Positions 26,653-41,699 of a stretch of DNA of 64,000 bases are shown here, one piece after another. Both the position numbers and the translations under genes were made by a program. The stretch's first letter is position 1; each line of letters begins with the position of its first letter. Source of the DNA: Eledone cirrhosa. Taxonomy: Eukaryota. Below the pieces are notes generated by a model. That model was not told the origin of the DNA and did not search any database. It saw nothing but the letters and a program-made list of their open reading frames with translations. The DNA is taken from positions 280,116,001 to 280,180,000 of the forward strand of contig OZ024743.1 of the NCBI GenBank assembly GCA_964016885.1, read 5' to 3'.

Positions 26653-26691
26653 GCCCTTGAGAAGCCCATCCGGCGAAACGTACGTAGGTGC
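26653..26691 (+). ncRNA. Minimal hammerhead, U3-A8 core variant
   Basis: gccc TTGAGAA gcc-catcc-ggc GAAA cgtacg TA ggtgc. Confidence 0.75.
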
Positions 26692-26936
26692 CGTTTTAAA
26701 TAAACATGTATTAACAGTCTGTTCTCCTATTTCTTACTTTTTCACGTGCTTACGCTCTGCTAATTCTCTCGCCCACTAAATAATAACACTTCTAATATTT
26801 AGCACTGCCGGCACTAGTATTGAGCACCTTCTGCATACGCTATCTGGCAAATAACTACATGTATCACCTATCCCTCCTTTTTTCTCTCTCTCGATACGTA
26901 AATACTCTATATATAATATATATTTATATATATATA

Positions 26937-27073
26937 TGGACAGAAATAGCCGTCGAAACGGCTTGGGCTTTGCCGTCGGGGTCATACGTTTTCCTATTAC
27001 CCACTCTACTACCCTAAGTATTGAGTACTCTGGTGCGTTATGATCCATCTGGTTCCTTACTACAATTCCTTTG

Positions 27074-27075
<2 letters not shown>
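26937..27075 (+). mobile_element. Family C short PLE-like terminal fragment
   Basis: gaaatagccgtcgaaacggcttg...gagtactctggtgcgttatg...ggttcctt; other copies at 28485, 30555, 38765, 40598, 53097, 61162. Confidence 0.75.
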
Positions 27076-27139
<64 letters not shown>

Positions 27140-27148
<9 letters not shown>

Positions 27149-27966
27149 ATATAAAGAACATCAGACTACGATTCTCTAACTGGATTGCCAAACGCTCAAT
27201 ATCGAATTGTCGTGGATTATGTGAGGGGCATATAATCGAAAAATACACTCCCCTGACCATGAAAATGTCGAAGTACATGAAATACTTGACATCCCTTCGC
27301 TGTGCATCTCCAATACTTTTAACACTTTTAATGCTTGCACTATTTTTAATGCTTATAACATTTCTCCACACACAGACTATATCAATCATATAAAGAATTT
27401 GCCACCAGATCTACCAACCTAACACTCTTGTTTACCTACGTGCCTCTACCACACATATCTCTCTGCCACACTATATAAACAAGACGCACATGCTTGCCAC
27501 ACATATAACATTTGCACTATATAACCGCTTATCTTCATGTTGTATTTTAACCTGTATTTTTGATTTTTGATTGTACCTCTTAATATGAATGTAATCTCGA
27601 AGTGTGTACTGCCACTCTAAATTCCGTAATGAATGTTGACCCACAATATTTGCATATGTATCGGTATGTCTCTTGGCTGAAAAGGAGGTCATATAACTGT
27701 CTATGCATTAATAAATTGCTCCGAAGAATCCAAACCTCGGTTTGGAGGAAACAGCTGTAAGCACAATAATGTTTTGAACAGTTCTTTGATTCTTATATTT
27801 CATATAACTGCTCTGTAAATCATCTGATGTTTTTACATTGAGCTACTTAACTTACTGGTAATAAGGTAGTAATACATTACTGCCTACCACTATTTAGGGT
27901 GTGTATAAAAAATACTTATAACTGCATAAGGTTTTGTATTTACATAACCATAAATAGTATAACTAA

Positions 27967-27972
<6 letters not shown>
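27140..27972 (+). mobile_element. Degraded PLE 3' fragment with HHR
   Basis: Between (TA)n tracts; weak KEHQ.. GIY-YIG-like start; HHR at 27717. Confidence 0.5.
27717..27763 (+). ncRNA. Minimal hammerhead (U4>C substitution)
   Basis: tgct CCGAAGA a tccaaacc-tc-ggtttgga g GAAA cagctg TA agca. Confidence 0.7.
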
Positions 27973-28004
<32 letters not shown>

Positions 28005-28005
<1 letters not shown>

Positions 28006-28345
28006 GAAATAATCGTTGTACCTAACTGATATTTTTAGTAGCGTACCAAACAACACGTCTATAATATTCCCGCTTTTACTAACGACCATTTTATGTGTGG
28101 GTCATTTTCACTTTACGCTAGCTGGCAGTAGGCGATATATTTACAAACTGTGAGACTTTACGTCCTATAGAATGTAAATAGCTTTCTGAGGAGCCGATCT
28201 TTTCCATTGGAAGTCCTTTGGATTTCCAATCTTTTGTGAGGCGAAACCGTCGGTAAAAGCATTTTGGATAGGTGAATATTTAAATCGTATTTTAATTTAT
28301 TTAAAAGATTTTTTATGTTTACTTGTTCCGCTCATCTCAATATTA
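28005..28345 (+). mobile_element. Family F pLTR-like fragment
   Basis: Aligns by eye with the reverse complement of 38975-39300. Confidence 0.65.
28181..28260 (+). ncRNA. Type I hammerhead, intact core, extended stem II
   Basis: gcttt CTGAGGA gcc..[attggaagtcc-ttt-ggatttccaat]..ggc GAAA ccgtcgg TA aaagc. Confidence 0.85.
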
Positions 28346-28424
28346 TATATATATATAACAGTGAGTGTGTTCTGTTATTAATTCTGGCAATATTACACAA
28401 ATATGACCCTCCCCAAGTATAACA

Positions 28425-28456
<32 letters not shown>

Positions 28457-28484
28457 TTATATATATATATGTATATATATATAT

Positions 28485-28672
28485 AACAAAGGAATTGTGG
28501 AAAGGAACCAGATGTACCAGAAGGCACCAAAGTACTCAATACTTAGGGTAGTAGAGTGGGAAATAGGAAAAAGTATGACCCCGACGGCAGAGCTCAAGCC
28601 GTTTCGACGGCTATTTCCAGAAATACCCGTCTAAACGGCTTGAGCTCTGCCGTCGGGGTCATACTTTTTCAT
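28485..28672. mobile_element. Family C fold-back palindrome
   Basis: gaaaaagtatgaccccgacggcagagctcaagccgtt...aacggcttgagctctgccgtcggggtcatactttttc centred near 28618. Confidence 0.85.
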
Positions 28673-28679
28673 ATATATA

Positions 28680-29246
28680 TAAGTGAAATGATTACAAAAG
28701 AGAATATACCGTTAAAACATGTTTACATAAAAGCAGCTACGTACGTTTCGCCCGAAAAGGGCTTCTCAAGGGCATAGAAAACTAAAAAGTGTTCAGTACA
28801 TGACCCAGGAGGGGTTTTAAGGTTATAGTTACATCAAAGTTCATTCTCCGTTCAAACACACGCGTTGTTTTTGCCACAGAGCAAGGGGAGTAACTCTGGC
28901 CAGTGTTTGAATAATTGTCCCCAAACTGCTTATTACCCGTTAACATAATGGTGTTTTCCCATTACTATTCTGTGGATGCTGCTTTACTATTGTCGATTCA
29001 AGCACGGTCTGGGATGGATAGTTGGTTTACAGATGTTTATTTGCACCACCTGCCCACCGGAGTGTTATGGTTTGGTGCAGGGAGACCCAGTTTATGGTTT
29101 TCATGTCTCAGTCGATTTCCATCCGAAGTAAGACACCTGTATTCGGTGCCTGCAGTTTATCACCGATTCTGCTCTGCTGTTAATGAGCTCAAGCGGTGCT
29201 CTTATGATATAGTAAAGTTCCATGAGGCAAAGCTCGGGTATGTATT
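28680..29246 (-). mobile_element. Family B-related (Hydra-type) PLE 3' end
   Basis: Minus strand encodes ELCLMELYYIIRAPLELINSRAE..NCRHR, matching 26140-26240; UTR homologous to 26400-26745. Confidence 0.85.
28733..28773 (-). ncRNA. Minimal hammerhead, U3-A8 variant
   Basis: Reverse: gccc TTGAGAA gccc-ttttc-gggc GAAA cgtacg TA gctgc. Confidence 0.75.
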
Positions 29247-29249
29247 TCT

Positions 29250-30078
29250 AATAAAAACACTTATTAGCAATACATACCCTTTTCAAAAACCTCCCTGTAT
29301 AGATAAGAAATGTATAATCTGTAAATTAAGCCCCCATATTAACTGTAAAACTAGAAATGTAGTATATAGCATAAGATGTCCTGAAGGACAATGTAGAGAT
29401 GAGAATATAGTGTACATATGTGAGACAGCTCGTAGTATAGGGGAACGGATAAATGAACACTGGCGAGACCTTCAAGATAGTAAAGAATCATCTGTACTCT
29501 ACCAACATGCTATAATAGAACATAAGGGTAAATTAGGGAACATAGAAATAAAAATAGAATCTACACACAGAAAAGACGCAATGTTTAGACAAATCACAGA
29601 GGCAATAAACATAAATGAACTCCAACCAAAATTAAATAGAAAACATGAATGGAACAGCAACATCACAACTTACAATTAAGGACAAAATGAAAACACACAC
29701 GCACATAGAACAAACAACCAACCAGTAACATGTAAATAAACAAATAAATAAACAAATATAAACACACACAGACACCCGGATGTAACACATACGCAAACTA
29801 AGCACACAACACACACAAAAACAAGATGGCGTATGACAGAACAAAGGAGAGGCACAAAAACAAAGAAAGGAATCCCAGTCACTGAAGAGGTCACAGAATG
29901 TGTGACGAAAAAACTTTGACAATATATAAACAATCATCTGGTTGTGGAACCAACCAACCAACCAACCAGAAATTTATAAATTCCTAAATTTATAAATTTA
30001 TTATAATAAATTGAAGTGAATGTAACTGGTGCGTGTGTTTCTTATTGGGAACATGACCCTCCCAAAGTATAACAATAT
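29250..30078 (+). mobile_element. Family A PLE 3' fragment (GIY-YIG coding 29250-29679 + pLTR; HHR at 29878-29920)
   Basis: Highly similar to 16305-17120. Confidence 0.92.
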
Positions 30079-30554
30079 ATATATATATATAACATTTTAG
30101 TACAGCATTAACGAAGGTTTTGGCTGCGGCTGAGCTAACGAATGCAGATTCGGAATGCAGCTTAGCACTCGATGGAGAATAATAGCCCAGAGTTATAACA
30201 ATACGTTTAGACAGCTTTGCAAATCAAATATAGTGACCGACAATCCAGCCGCATTGCCATAGCAGCGAAAAAAACTGAACTCAGGAAAAGATTTTGACTG
30301 ACCTGGACTATCACGTGGACATCGAATGCAACACATAACGCATAACGTATAGCATACAATATACAACAAAGGATTTACTTCGTCAACAAGTCTTGCGTTC
30401 TATAGCCTCGGCGGGTGTGTTTTCTAGCAGTAATTTTCGCTATAGACACGTGGTTTTCTCAAAGAGAGTTAACCCCCGTTGTGGCGGTCAATTCGAAATT
30501 TGGGACAAAAGAATGAAATTCCCTCAGACAAACCGAATTATGCAGGAAAAGAGT

Positions 30555-30636
30555 CTTCCTATTCCCCACTCTATTATCCTAAGTATCGAGTACTCTGGTG
30601 CGTTATGGTCCACCTGGTTCCTTGCCACACTTCCTT

Positions 30637-30640
<4 letters not shown>
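30555..30640 (+). mobile_element. Family C tail (element may extend left to ~30090)
   Basis: cttcctattccccactcta...gagtactctggtgcgttatggtccacctggttcctt. Confidence 0.65.
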
Positions 30641-31531
<891 letters not shown>

Positions 31532-32414
31532 ATATAGGTGCATGTGTGTGTGTAATATAGTGTAGTGTTTGGGATGTGTGTGATGTGAAGTGTGTGTACA
31601 CAATGTGTTGTTTACTTAATTATTCATTTGGCACTCTACCGATTCTTCCACAATCCACTCTTTAGTCTTTTGTTGAAGTTGTGTTTCGATACTATCTATA
31701 TATATATATAAAACTGATAACCATTTTACAATAAATATTATCTAACAAGATTAAGTGATGATCTCACCCAATATCCCCAATTACTTGCAATACCTTAATG
31801 TTTACATTTTCCTTATCTTTCTTCTATCTTTCCGCTCTTTACTGCATAGCATATAGATCCGTCCATTGACGAATCCCGCAGTTTATCAGTTTTCCTATCA
31901 ACAGTGATTTCTATATCCTTACTCAACACTCCCGAATTTGGAGAGACACGAGCTTTGAGAATGGTCACCTGCAACCCTCCTCCTTCGAATAGTGGCAGTA
32001 TATATAGAGAGCCATGATACATCATTTAATAGTCCTATTTAATGATGATAATGTTGTTGATGATGATGTTGATGATGATGAGGAGGGGGGTAATGATGAT
32101 GCTTATGCTGCTTATGATGATGATGAGGAGGAGGAGGAGGAGGGGGTGAGCATGCGAAGAGGAAAGGGAAGAGTAGGATCATCCTTATGTTGATCGTTAT
32201 TATGATCTTGTTCACATGCTGACGACCATGTTGATGATGATCATGGTGATGATATTGATGATGATGATCTGTATTATCTCTTGTATAGGACATTTCCCCC
32301 TCATCAAGTGAAGAAAACGTTCTAAATAATAATGTCAGAAAGGACTCCCCCGTGATAATGACGGAGGAATGTATATTTAAACTGGTGGCCTTGTCCGACG
32401 CTCTAATGACGTTG

Positions 32415-32565
32415 TCTACTAAAAAAACTAGTACTTTTCTATCGACCCCGAAAGTGTGAAAAGCAAGTTTGACCATGGTAGGATTCGATCTCAAAACATA
32501 AACAGCCGGAATATATAATGCAAAGAAATTGATCCGATGATCTAAAGACACAATTAATTCGCCGC
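32415..32565 (-). mobile_element. Degraded tRNA SINE
   Basis: tagtacttttctatcgaccccgaaagtgtgaaaagcaagtttgacc...aattcgccgc. Confidence 0.65.
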
Positions 32566-33321
32566 ATGTGTCGACATAGAATAAGTTAAATGTCAAATTT
32601 TGACTTTCACGCCTAATTATATAGCTCCATTTGGGATTTGAAATCAGGTCGCTTTACGAAATCACGCTAGCACAGTACGGCGCATGCCAGGAGCTGTTCC
32701 TAATCTAAAGAATGGAGAAAATATAAACAACTTTTCGAAATAAAATACCTGACATAAATAAAAGGAAAAGCAAAAAACAGTTTCATTTCTTGTCAGTATT
32801 TTCGAGAACGGAAAATTCCAGATAGAATATCTTTTATTCAAACAAATCAACAAAGTGTTAGAGGAATGAAATAATATAAAATTATAAAAAAACGAGACAG
32901 GGAGAAAAGAAAATAATATGATAATAAACACCTTATCTCCGTATGCAGAAGATGTCGAATTTCAAGGGAGATAATCAAGTTTCATTTATACATTTTATTA
33001 TATTATATTCAAGTAAAGAAAAAGTAAAGGAGGCAAAAAAAAAACAAGTAAAAATATTTTTTAAATATTCAAGATAAATATATTATTCGTAAAGAAAAAG
33101 AAAATAATGTTAAACTATGGAAGAAAAGCAAAGCTAAATGAAATAATTGTGTGTGAATTAATTCTAATGCATGCAGAAGCTTAACAACATGGAATAAGTC
33201 GGAAGATTTATGGGTAAAGAACCATAGAAGCATTGGCTTAATTTCTCTCCAATGGAAACCATGAGTGCTGACTGACTTCGATTTTCTGCGATACAAATTA
33301 AAAGATATAGTTTATGGTGTT

Positions 33322-34526
<1,205 letters not shown>

Positions 34527-34533
<7 letters not shown>

Positions 34534-34935
34534 CAAGAAAACGAAAAATCAGTGATGCATCTGGACTTAGTTTATTTCGTGTTACAAATGTTTCGCCGGC
34601 ATGTAGCTCGAGTCATGGTCCTTGTATGGATCTGGCTGATTCTACTTCTGCGGGTTCTTTCAGACACGGGTGTTATGTCCGAGTGATAAAATTTGCTCCG
34701 GACATTACACCCGTGTCTGAAAGAACCCACAAATAGAATCAGCCAGATCCATACAAGGACCATGACTCGAGCTACATGCCGGCGAAACATTTGTAACTCG
34801 AAATAAACTAAGTCCAGATGCATCACTGATTTTTCGTTTTCTTGATAATATCTACACTCTACTCTGATGAATATCGAGTGCTAATTTTGGCATACCGCCT
34901 ACGGAAGCACCATAGCTACCACTATACACAAATAT
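34527..34935. mobile_element. Family E fold-back element (arms ~34527-34683 / 34697-34851, plus right-hand tail)
   Basis: Near-perfect inverted arms; each carries a degenerate HHR (cgtgt CTGAAAGA...gccggc GAAA catttg TA acacg) at 34578-34668 (-) and 34712-34800 (+). Confidence 0.8.
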
Positions 34936-34997
34936 ATATATACACATATAAATACATATATAAATACACACACATTTATATACATATATATATATAT

Positions 34998-35153
34998 ATC
35001 ATCATCATCATCATCATTCGTCGACTACTGTCGAGATGATGGATCTCACTCTCATGCCCCAGAATTCCCTGTCCCCCATCGCTGCCCCCAGGTCCTGTCT
35101 ACAGATTCCCGTATCCCTAGAGATAACGTCAGGGAATGACAGCTTCCTACTCC
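34998..35153 (-). mobile_element. RTE-type LINE extreme 3' end with (ATG)n tail
   Basis: Reverse: RKLSFPDVISRDTG....L..AM.DREFW...V.SIIST. Confidence 0.7.
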
Positions 35154-35252
<99 letters not shown>

Positions 35253-35596
35253 ATACATATATACTCTGCGTCACTCTCTCTTTTGGTTTGTATGAAATTT
35301 TCAATTGGAAGTGAAGGGCATATATCAACAACATATAATACCGAATGTTTTTGTTTATCGTGTATAGGTATCACATGGCCTTGTATGTCGTCAATTAATT
35401 GGATCTGAATATTCTCCAATGACAGCGCTATGTCTACGTCTGCCAGAAGGAATATATTTGCACCTTACTACCAGTTTTCGGAAAATGAAGGACCGAATTA
35501 TTGAAAAATGATCCTTGAATTTTCTTCAAAAACAACGATTAAAATCTTCATGAACTGTTGTTGAGCCGCGACTGCTTTTGAACGTAGGACACACGT

Positions 35597-35782
35597 TGAT
35601 GGTAATGATGATGGCGATGATGGCGATGATGGTGATGTTGATGATGAGGATGATGATGATGATGATGATGATGATGGTGGTGGTGATGATGAATGATGAT
35701 GATGATAATGATGATGATGATGATGATGATAATGTTGATGATGATGATGATGTTGATGATGATGATGATGATGATGATGATG
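35597..35782. repeat. (GAT)n microsatellite
   Basis: Directly visible. Confidence 0.95.
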
Positions 35783-36696
35783 TATTATCACCTGCTTATC
35801 CTATGGTCAGAATAACAGTTTCCGGGATTATGAGAGCATATAGTTACCACTACGTTTATATCATCGATTTGTCGGATTAGCTGTACACGATCTTGTCGGT
35901 TGATCAGATTGTCAGTTGACTGGTTTGCCAGGTTACTTGTTTGTAGTTTTACTGGTTTGTCGGTTTATCAGAATGTCGGTTTACTGGTTTGTCGGTATAT
36001 TGGATTGACGGTTTATTGGAAAGAAGTTTTAAATGATAATCATTTGGCGAGTACGTGTTGGAAAGGCTTTCGTGGTTCTGTTTGTCAGTTTAATGAGAAC
36101 GTTCTTTAATTATAATAACAATTGCTCGGATTATTGAGCCATCAGATTATACTCGGTGTGGGAGATAGATACATGATCAGTTTAATTAACCAGTATAATT
36201 ATATTATAGGTTAATTTTCAAAATGTCATTTGGTTGGGATTACTTAGTACCGTTTGCTGATTTATTCATATATTAGGTTTAATGGATTAACGGATGTAAG
36301 AGTTGATCAGAATGATTATGGATCAGAATATCAGTTTATTAGAATAACGCATATTATATTATCATCTATATATACATAAATATTATCCGTTGATTAAAAC
36401 GTCGTTTGAAGAATATTATCTGATTGGATTATTAATGTATTGAGCTGTCATTTTATACGATAATCTATATATCAGTTAATGTGTATGGGCGAGAATTGAC
36501 TCTCGTTATAGTATGAGGCAAAACGTTTTGCAGTATTTGTACCGGCTCTCTTCGCCATGATTTCAGAATACCATCGAGGCCAGCTTTGCCTTTCATTCTT
36601 TCGCGGTTAATAAAAAAAAGTACCAGTCCAGTACTGGGTTTGTTTCTTTCTATATATCTTTCTCTGCCTTCCTCTCTCACTCTCTTTTTCTTCTTT

Positions 36697-36760
<64 letters not shown>

Positions 36761-37494
36761 CCATAGATATATTGGATAATTTGCATTAGAAGGGATAGAC
36801 AGAATCGTTATATTATAGAACAAAATGCTTTGCTTGCGCTCTGATGTTAAAATCCCGTCCAGATCAACTTAACTTGTCATCCTTAAGTAACTGATACAAG
36901 AAAGTACAAGTGGAATGGCAAATTCTTTGAGAGAGGGGCCTCGTGTCTTGCAATATTTGTTTTGGCATTTTTATTCTGAGTTCAAATCCCGCTATGGCCT
37001 CCTTTTGAAGTAGATTCAATGTCTTCTACTACGAAGGGCACTTGTGTACCTTTAGAGGAGTCCACCCTGTTGCAAGCATTCATTGCAAGACTCCAATTTT
37101 AAAATTGAGTTTATTGGTGTTTAATTATTTTATTTATTTAAAATTAGTGGTTAAAACTTCAACTCGTGATTGTAAAGTTATGAGTTCCATTGAGGCGCTT
37201 TTGACGTTGAGCGCAATACTTTATTTCGCATTGGGCCAGCTCATTAAGCTAGCAAAACGAAATGTTGCCTTGTCGCTTTCGTCATAAGCATATTATTATA
37301 TCTACTTGTATGACTGATAAAATAGTTGTTTATATTGTTGCTATTTGTTGAACCCGACTGAGCTGATTTATGATCAGAGACACTATAGCCAGTCGTAACC
37401 TCTCAGTCAATTTTCCTTCAAACAGTATCTTGTATCACCTTATCAAATGCGTCTATTTTAAAGACTTTAGAGTGTGATACAAGGGGAATTTTAA

Positions 37495-37950
37495 TATCGG
37501 ACAGACCCGACTGAGGGCACTTCCATGTATGTAGAGTTTATCTCGAACTAGCAAAGCTCCTCGGTAGCATTTACAGATCAGGTATTCCTGGACGTTATCC
37601 ATGAGCTGTGGATCGTAGGTCCTCTTGAAAAGAGTAGCTCGTTAATTTTCGTCAACGCCCAGAGTCTTCCCGAGAACGTTGTTGTTTTTTCGGGCCATTA
37701 ACCCTCTATAGAACGCCAAGATGGAGTTCCCAGTGATCATACTGCCTGTTTGACTGAGGGCTGTGAGAGCTTGAGAATATTCCAGTCTCCAAGTGCTCCC
37801 TCTTGGTCTTCGCTTGACTTAGGGCTGCAGCTCCGTTAGGGATACGAACTGGGGGAAAACGTGTCTTGCCAACGGCGGCCACACCTGTTCACCGCCAAGA
37901 AAAAGTTGGAAATGTCGTAAACTTAGCATGCCCGATCCTCCACGCAGCAA
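37495..37950 (-). mobile_element. Tx1/L1-type ORF2 fragment (region leading into the zf-RVT motif)
   Basis: Reverse: VLGKTLGVD...LFKRT...MDN.Q..L..CYRGAL.VRDKLY.HGS..SRVCP. Confidence 0.7.
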
Positions 37951-37951
37951 G

Positions 37952-38165
37952 TAATAAAAATAATAATAATGATTTCTACTATAGGCACAAGGCCAGAAAT
38001 TTGAGGGGAGGGGAAATCCGATTAAATTGAGCCCAGTGCATTATGGTACTTGATTTTATCGACCTCGTTAGGATGAAAGACCAAGCTAACCTCGGCGGGA
38101 TTTGAACTCAGAACGTACAGGGCCATAACTCTATGCCGCAAGCATGTTGTCCGATCTACTAATAC
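37952..38165 (-). mobile_element. tRNA-derived SINE with (ATT)n tail
   Basis: ggcacaaggccagaaattt...ttttatcgacc...ctcggcgggatttgaactcagaacgta. Confidence 0.8.
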
Positions 38166-38730
38166 TGCTAATCTTTATTTTGCTTCTGGTGATGCTTTTG
38201 TTAATACTACCCTTGCTGCTACCACTGTCCTTGTTGCTGTTGTTGATGTTGCTGTTACATCTGCTGCTGCTGCTGTCGTTGCTACTACTCCTGCTGTACT
38301 ACCGTTGTTGTTACTGCTACCACTATTGCTGTTGATACAACTGATGCTGCTGATGCTATCTCTGCTGCTGATATTGCTCTTGTTGTTATTGTTACTGCTG
38401 TTGCCTTGGCTACTACTGCTGTTATTAATATTGATGCTGATGTTGCTACTACTACTGCTACTGCCTCCATATAATTCAGATAAGTGGTAAGGCGCTGAAT
38501 AAACTACGAACAGATTCCTAATGAAGTGAATTTTTCCTCACAGTTGGATAAAGAAAACATAAATATTTGTTAGCAACTCTCAAAAAAAAGGGAAGATAAT
38601 TTCAAGAAATTACTATTCAACAATAACATTTATCAGAAAATGTACTTATCATACTCTGTGCTCGTGGGAATATCATATCTGTGTTATTTCGAATATACAT
38701 TATATATGGTATATATTATGTGTAAGTATG

Positions 38731-38767
<37 letters not shown>

Positions 38768-38832
38768 CAAAGGATATGTGGTAAGGAACCAGATGGACCA
38801 TAACGCACGAGAGTACTCAATATATATATATA

Positions 38833-38865
<33 letters not shown>

Positions 38866-38868
38866 GTG

Positions 38869-39435
<567 letters not shown>

Positions 39436-39437
39436 AG

Positions 39438-39528
<91 letters not shown>

Positions 39529-39597
39529 AAAAAGAGATGAAATCGAAAATGCAACTGGAGTCTTATTTTTTTTTTAAATATATACATTTATTTGGTT

Positions 39598-39635
39598 CCT
39601 TTACCGGTTTCGCAGTTCTTCTGCTTTTCAAAAGG
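39598..39635 (-). ncRNA. Minimal hammerhead, U3-A8 variant
   Basis: Reverse: cctt TTGAAAA gcag-aagaa-ctgc GAAA ccgg TA aagg. Confidence 0.85.
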
Positions 39636-39707
39636 TGAGTTGAGATGGAGGGTCTGTGATTTTTCTCACATCTCAAATGTGAGAAAAACCACAGACCCTC
39701 CATCTCA

Positions 39708-39745
39708 CCTTTTGAAAAGCAGAAGAACTGCGAAACCGGTAAAGG
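39708..39745 (+). ncRNA. Minimal hammerhead, U3-A8 variant
   Basis: cctt TTGAAAA gcag-aagaa-ctgc GAAA ccgg TA aagg. Confidence 0.85.
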
Positions 39746-39875
39746 AACCAAATAAATATATATATTTAAAAAAAAATAAGACTCCAGTTGCATTTTCGAT
39801 TTCATCTCTTTTTCTTTATACTTTCACTCGTGTAGGACACCTCGGTTATTTTTCATTTTGTAAAAAAAACCTCAC

Positions 39876-39966
<91 letters not shown>

Positions 39967-39970
<4 letters not shown>

Positions 39971-40580
39971 TACTTTGGGAGGGTCATGTTGCCAATAAGA
40001 AACACACGCACCAGTTGCTTTCACTTCAATTTATTATATATTTATAAATTTATAAATTTACAAATCTACAAACCTATAAATTATAAATTTCTGGTTGGTT
40101 GGTTGGTTCCACAACCAGATAGTTGTTTATATATATAGTCATAGTCCTTTCGTCACACACTCTGTGACCTCTTCAGTGACTGGGGATTCCTTTCTTCGTT
40201 TCTGTGCCTTTTCTTTCTTCTATGCTACGCCATTTTGTTTCTGAAACAAAATGGCGTAGGATAGAAGAAAGAAAAGGCACAGAAACGAAGAAAGGAATCC
40301 CCAGTCACTGAAGAGGTCACAGAGTGTGTGACGAAAGGACTATGACTATATATATAAACAACTATCTGGTTGTGGAACCAACCAACCAACCAGAAATTTA
40401 TAATTTATAGGTTTGTAGATTTGTAAATTTATAAATTTATAAATATATAATAAATTGAAGTGAAAGCAACTGGTGCGTGTGTTTCTTATTGGCAACATGA
40501 CCCTCCCAAAGTATAACAATATCGGTTTCAACACACGATTTCAGATAAAGAATCTTGCTAAACAAATTCAGAAACGAAAT
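39967..40580. mobile_element. Family A fold-back element (arms ~39967-40240 / 40243-40517 plus ~63-nt tail); HHRs at 40138-40180 (-) and 40304-40346 (+)
   Basis: Near-perfect palindrome centred on ttttgtttc-t-gaaacaaaa; tail matches 17118-17180. Confidence 0.9.
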
Positions 40581-40650
40581 ATATATATATATATATATAA
40601 CAAAGGATATGTGGTAAGGAACCAGATGGACCATAACGCACCAGAGTACT

Positions 40651-40809
<159 letters not shown>

Positions 40810-40822
40810 TATATATATATAT

Positions 40823-40888
<66 letters not shown>

Positions 40889-40889
40889 G

Positions 40890-41262
40890 CACACATATAT
40901 ATACATATATATATGTGCGTATGGGTTATATCGACCATCATAATGTTCGTTTAGTTTGTAAACAAACGGTCCAACTTGAAGCTGTGCCGTACCTGTGACC
41001 GATAGTCACCTGTTTGTTCAACACTGGCTTTGAGGAACAATCAACATGTTTCTGAGTCATTACCCTTCATCAGAATTGTATACCTCTGCCAGTCTGTTGA
41101 ACGGTTGAAAATATATAGTATTTTCTTAAGTACACATCTGCTGAGTAGTCTTATTTGCACACCGAGCGAATCACGGCTGGCCGTGCCGATTATTAAAAAT
41201 AAAATTAGATTTTTATTTCTCGTCCTAGCACAGCTGATACATAAATGTATATTATATATTAA
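40890..41262 (-). mobile_element. Diverged relative of the 8238-9494 unit, with HHR at 41039-41077
   Basis: gtttgtaaacaaac, gtcacctgtttgttcaacactg, tctgccag..gttgaacg shared; reverse aatt CTGATGA agggtaatgactca GAAA catg TT gatt. Confidence 0.7.
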
Positions 41263-41699
41263 GTGAAAGCAAGAATTATTGTGCTCCTCTGGGGGTATCC
41301 AGGAAAATTCGTACCTTTCACTTGAAAGGATCTAAGAAGACTGAGAGATATGCTGATATAAGCGCACACGTCGTAGCGCCTAGCGCGTCTCATACTCATG
41401 CCGCTAAAAATAGCAGCTTGGTTTATGAGACTAAGGTTAGCTTTACATACGGAGCCGAGAATATCATAGATTGAGTTAGAAACTCAAAATAGTCTTTTAC
41501 AATTAAATAGCTCAAAGAAGGGAATCTTTCCGAGCCGTGTAATATAATTGTATATATGAGAGGGATGAACACAGATATAACTATATATGTGTTCCAATTG
41601 CAAATGACCAAGTTAGCTAGGTTGAAAAATACTAATTTAAAACAATATGGTTTGCCTGACTCGATTTAAAGTAATAAATCAATAAAAAATAACTGTTGT

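Larger units (their letters stand above)
23838..26910 (+). mobile_element. Penelope-like retroelement, family B (Hydra-type GIY-YIG), 5'-truncated with inverted partial pLTR at the 5' end
   Basis: 23838-23988 is the reverse complement of ~26600-26746; ORF remnants between; (TA)n flanks. Confidence 0.9.
39524..39883. mobile_element. Family D fold-back element (arms ~39524-39671 / 39677-39818 plus ~65-nt tail)
   Basis: Near-perfect inverted repeat inside (TA)n. Confidence 0.9.

Noticed and set aside
28915-29679. 254-aa ORF as a novel GIY-YIG fusion protein
   Set aside because: The N-terminal half is the antisense of a different PLE; fortuitous read-through across the junction
31855-31905. DPSIDESRSLSVFL resemblance to a CYFIP segment
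   Set aside because: Short match; flanking residues do not continue the similarity
39524-40580. Palindromes as assembly or chimeric-read artefacts
   Set aside because: Arms differ by substitutions/indels, and end points and tails recur between independent loci; still worth a long-read check
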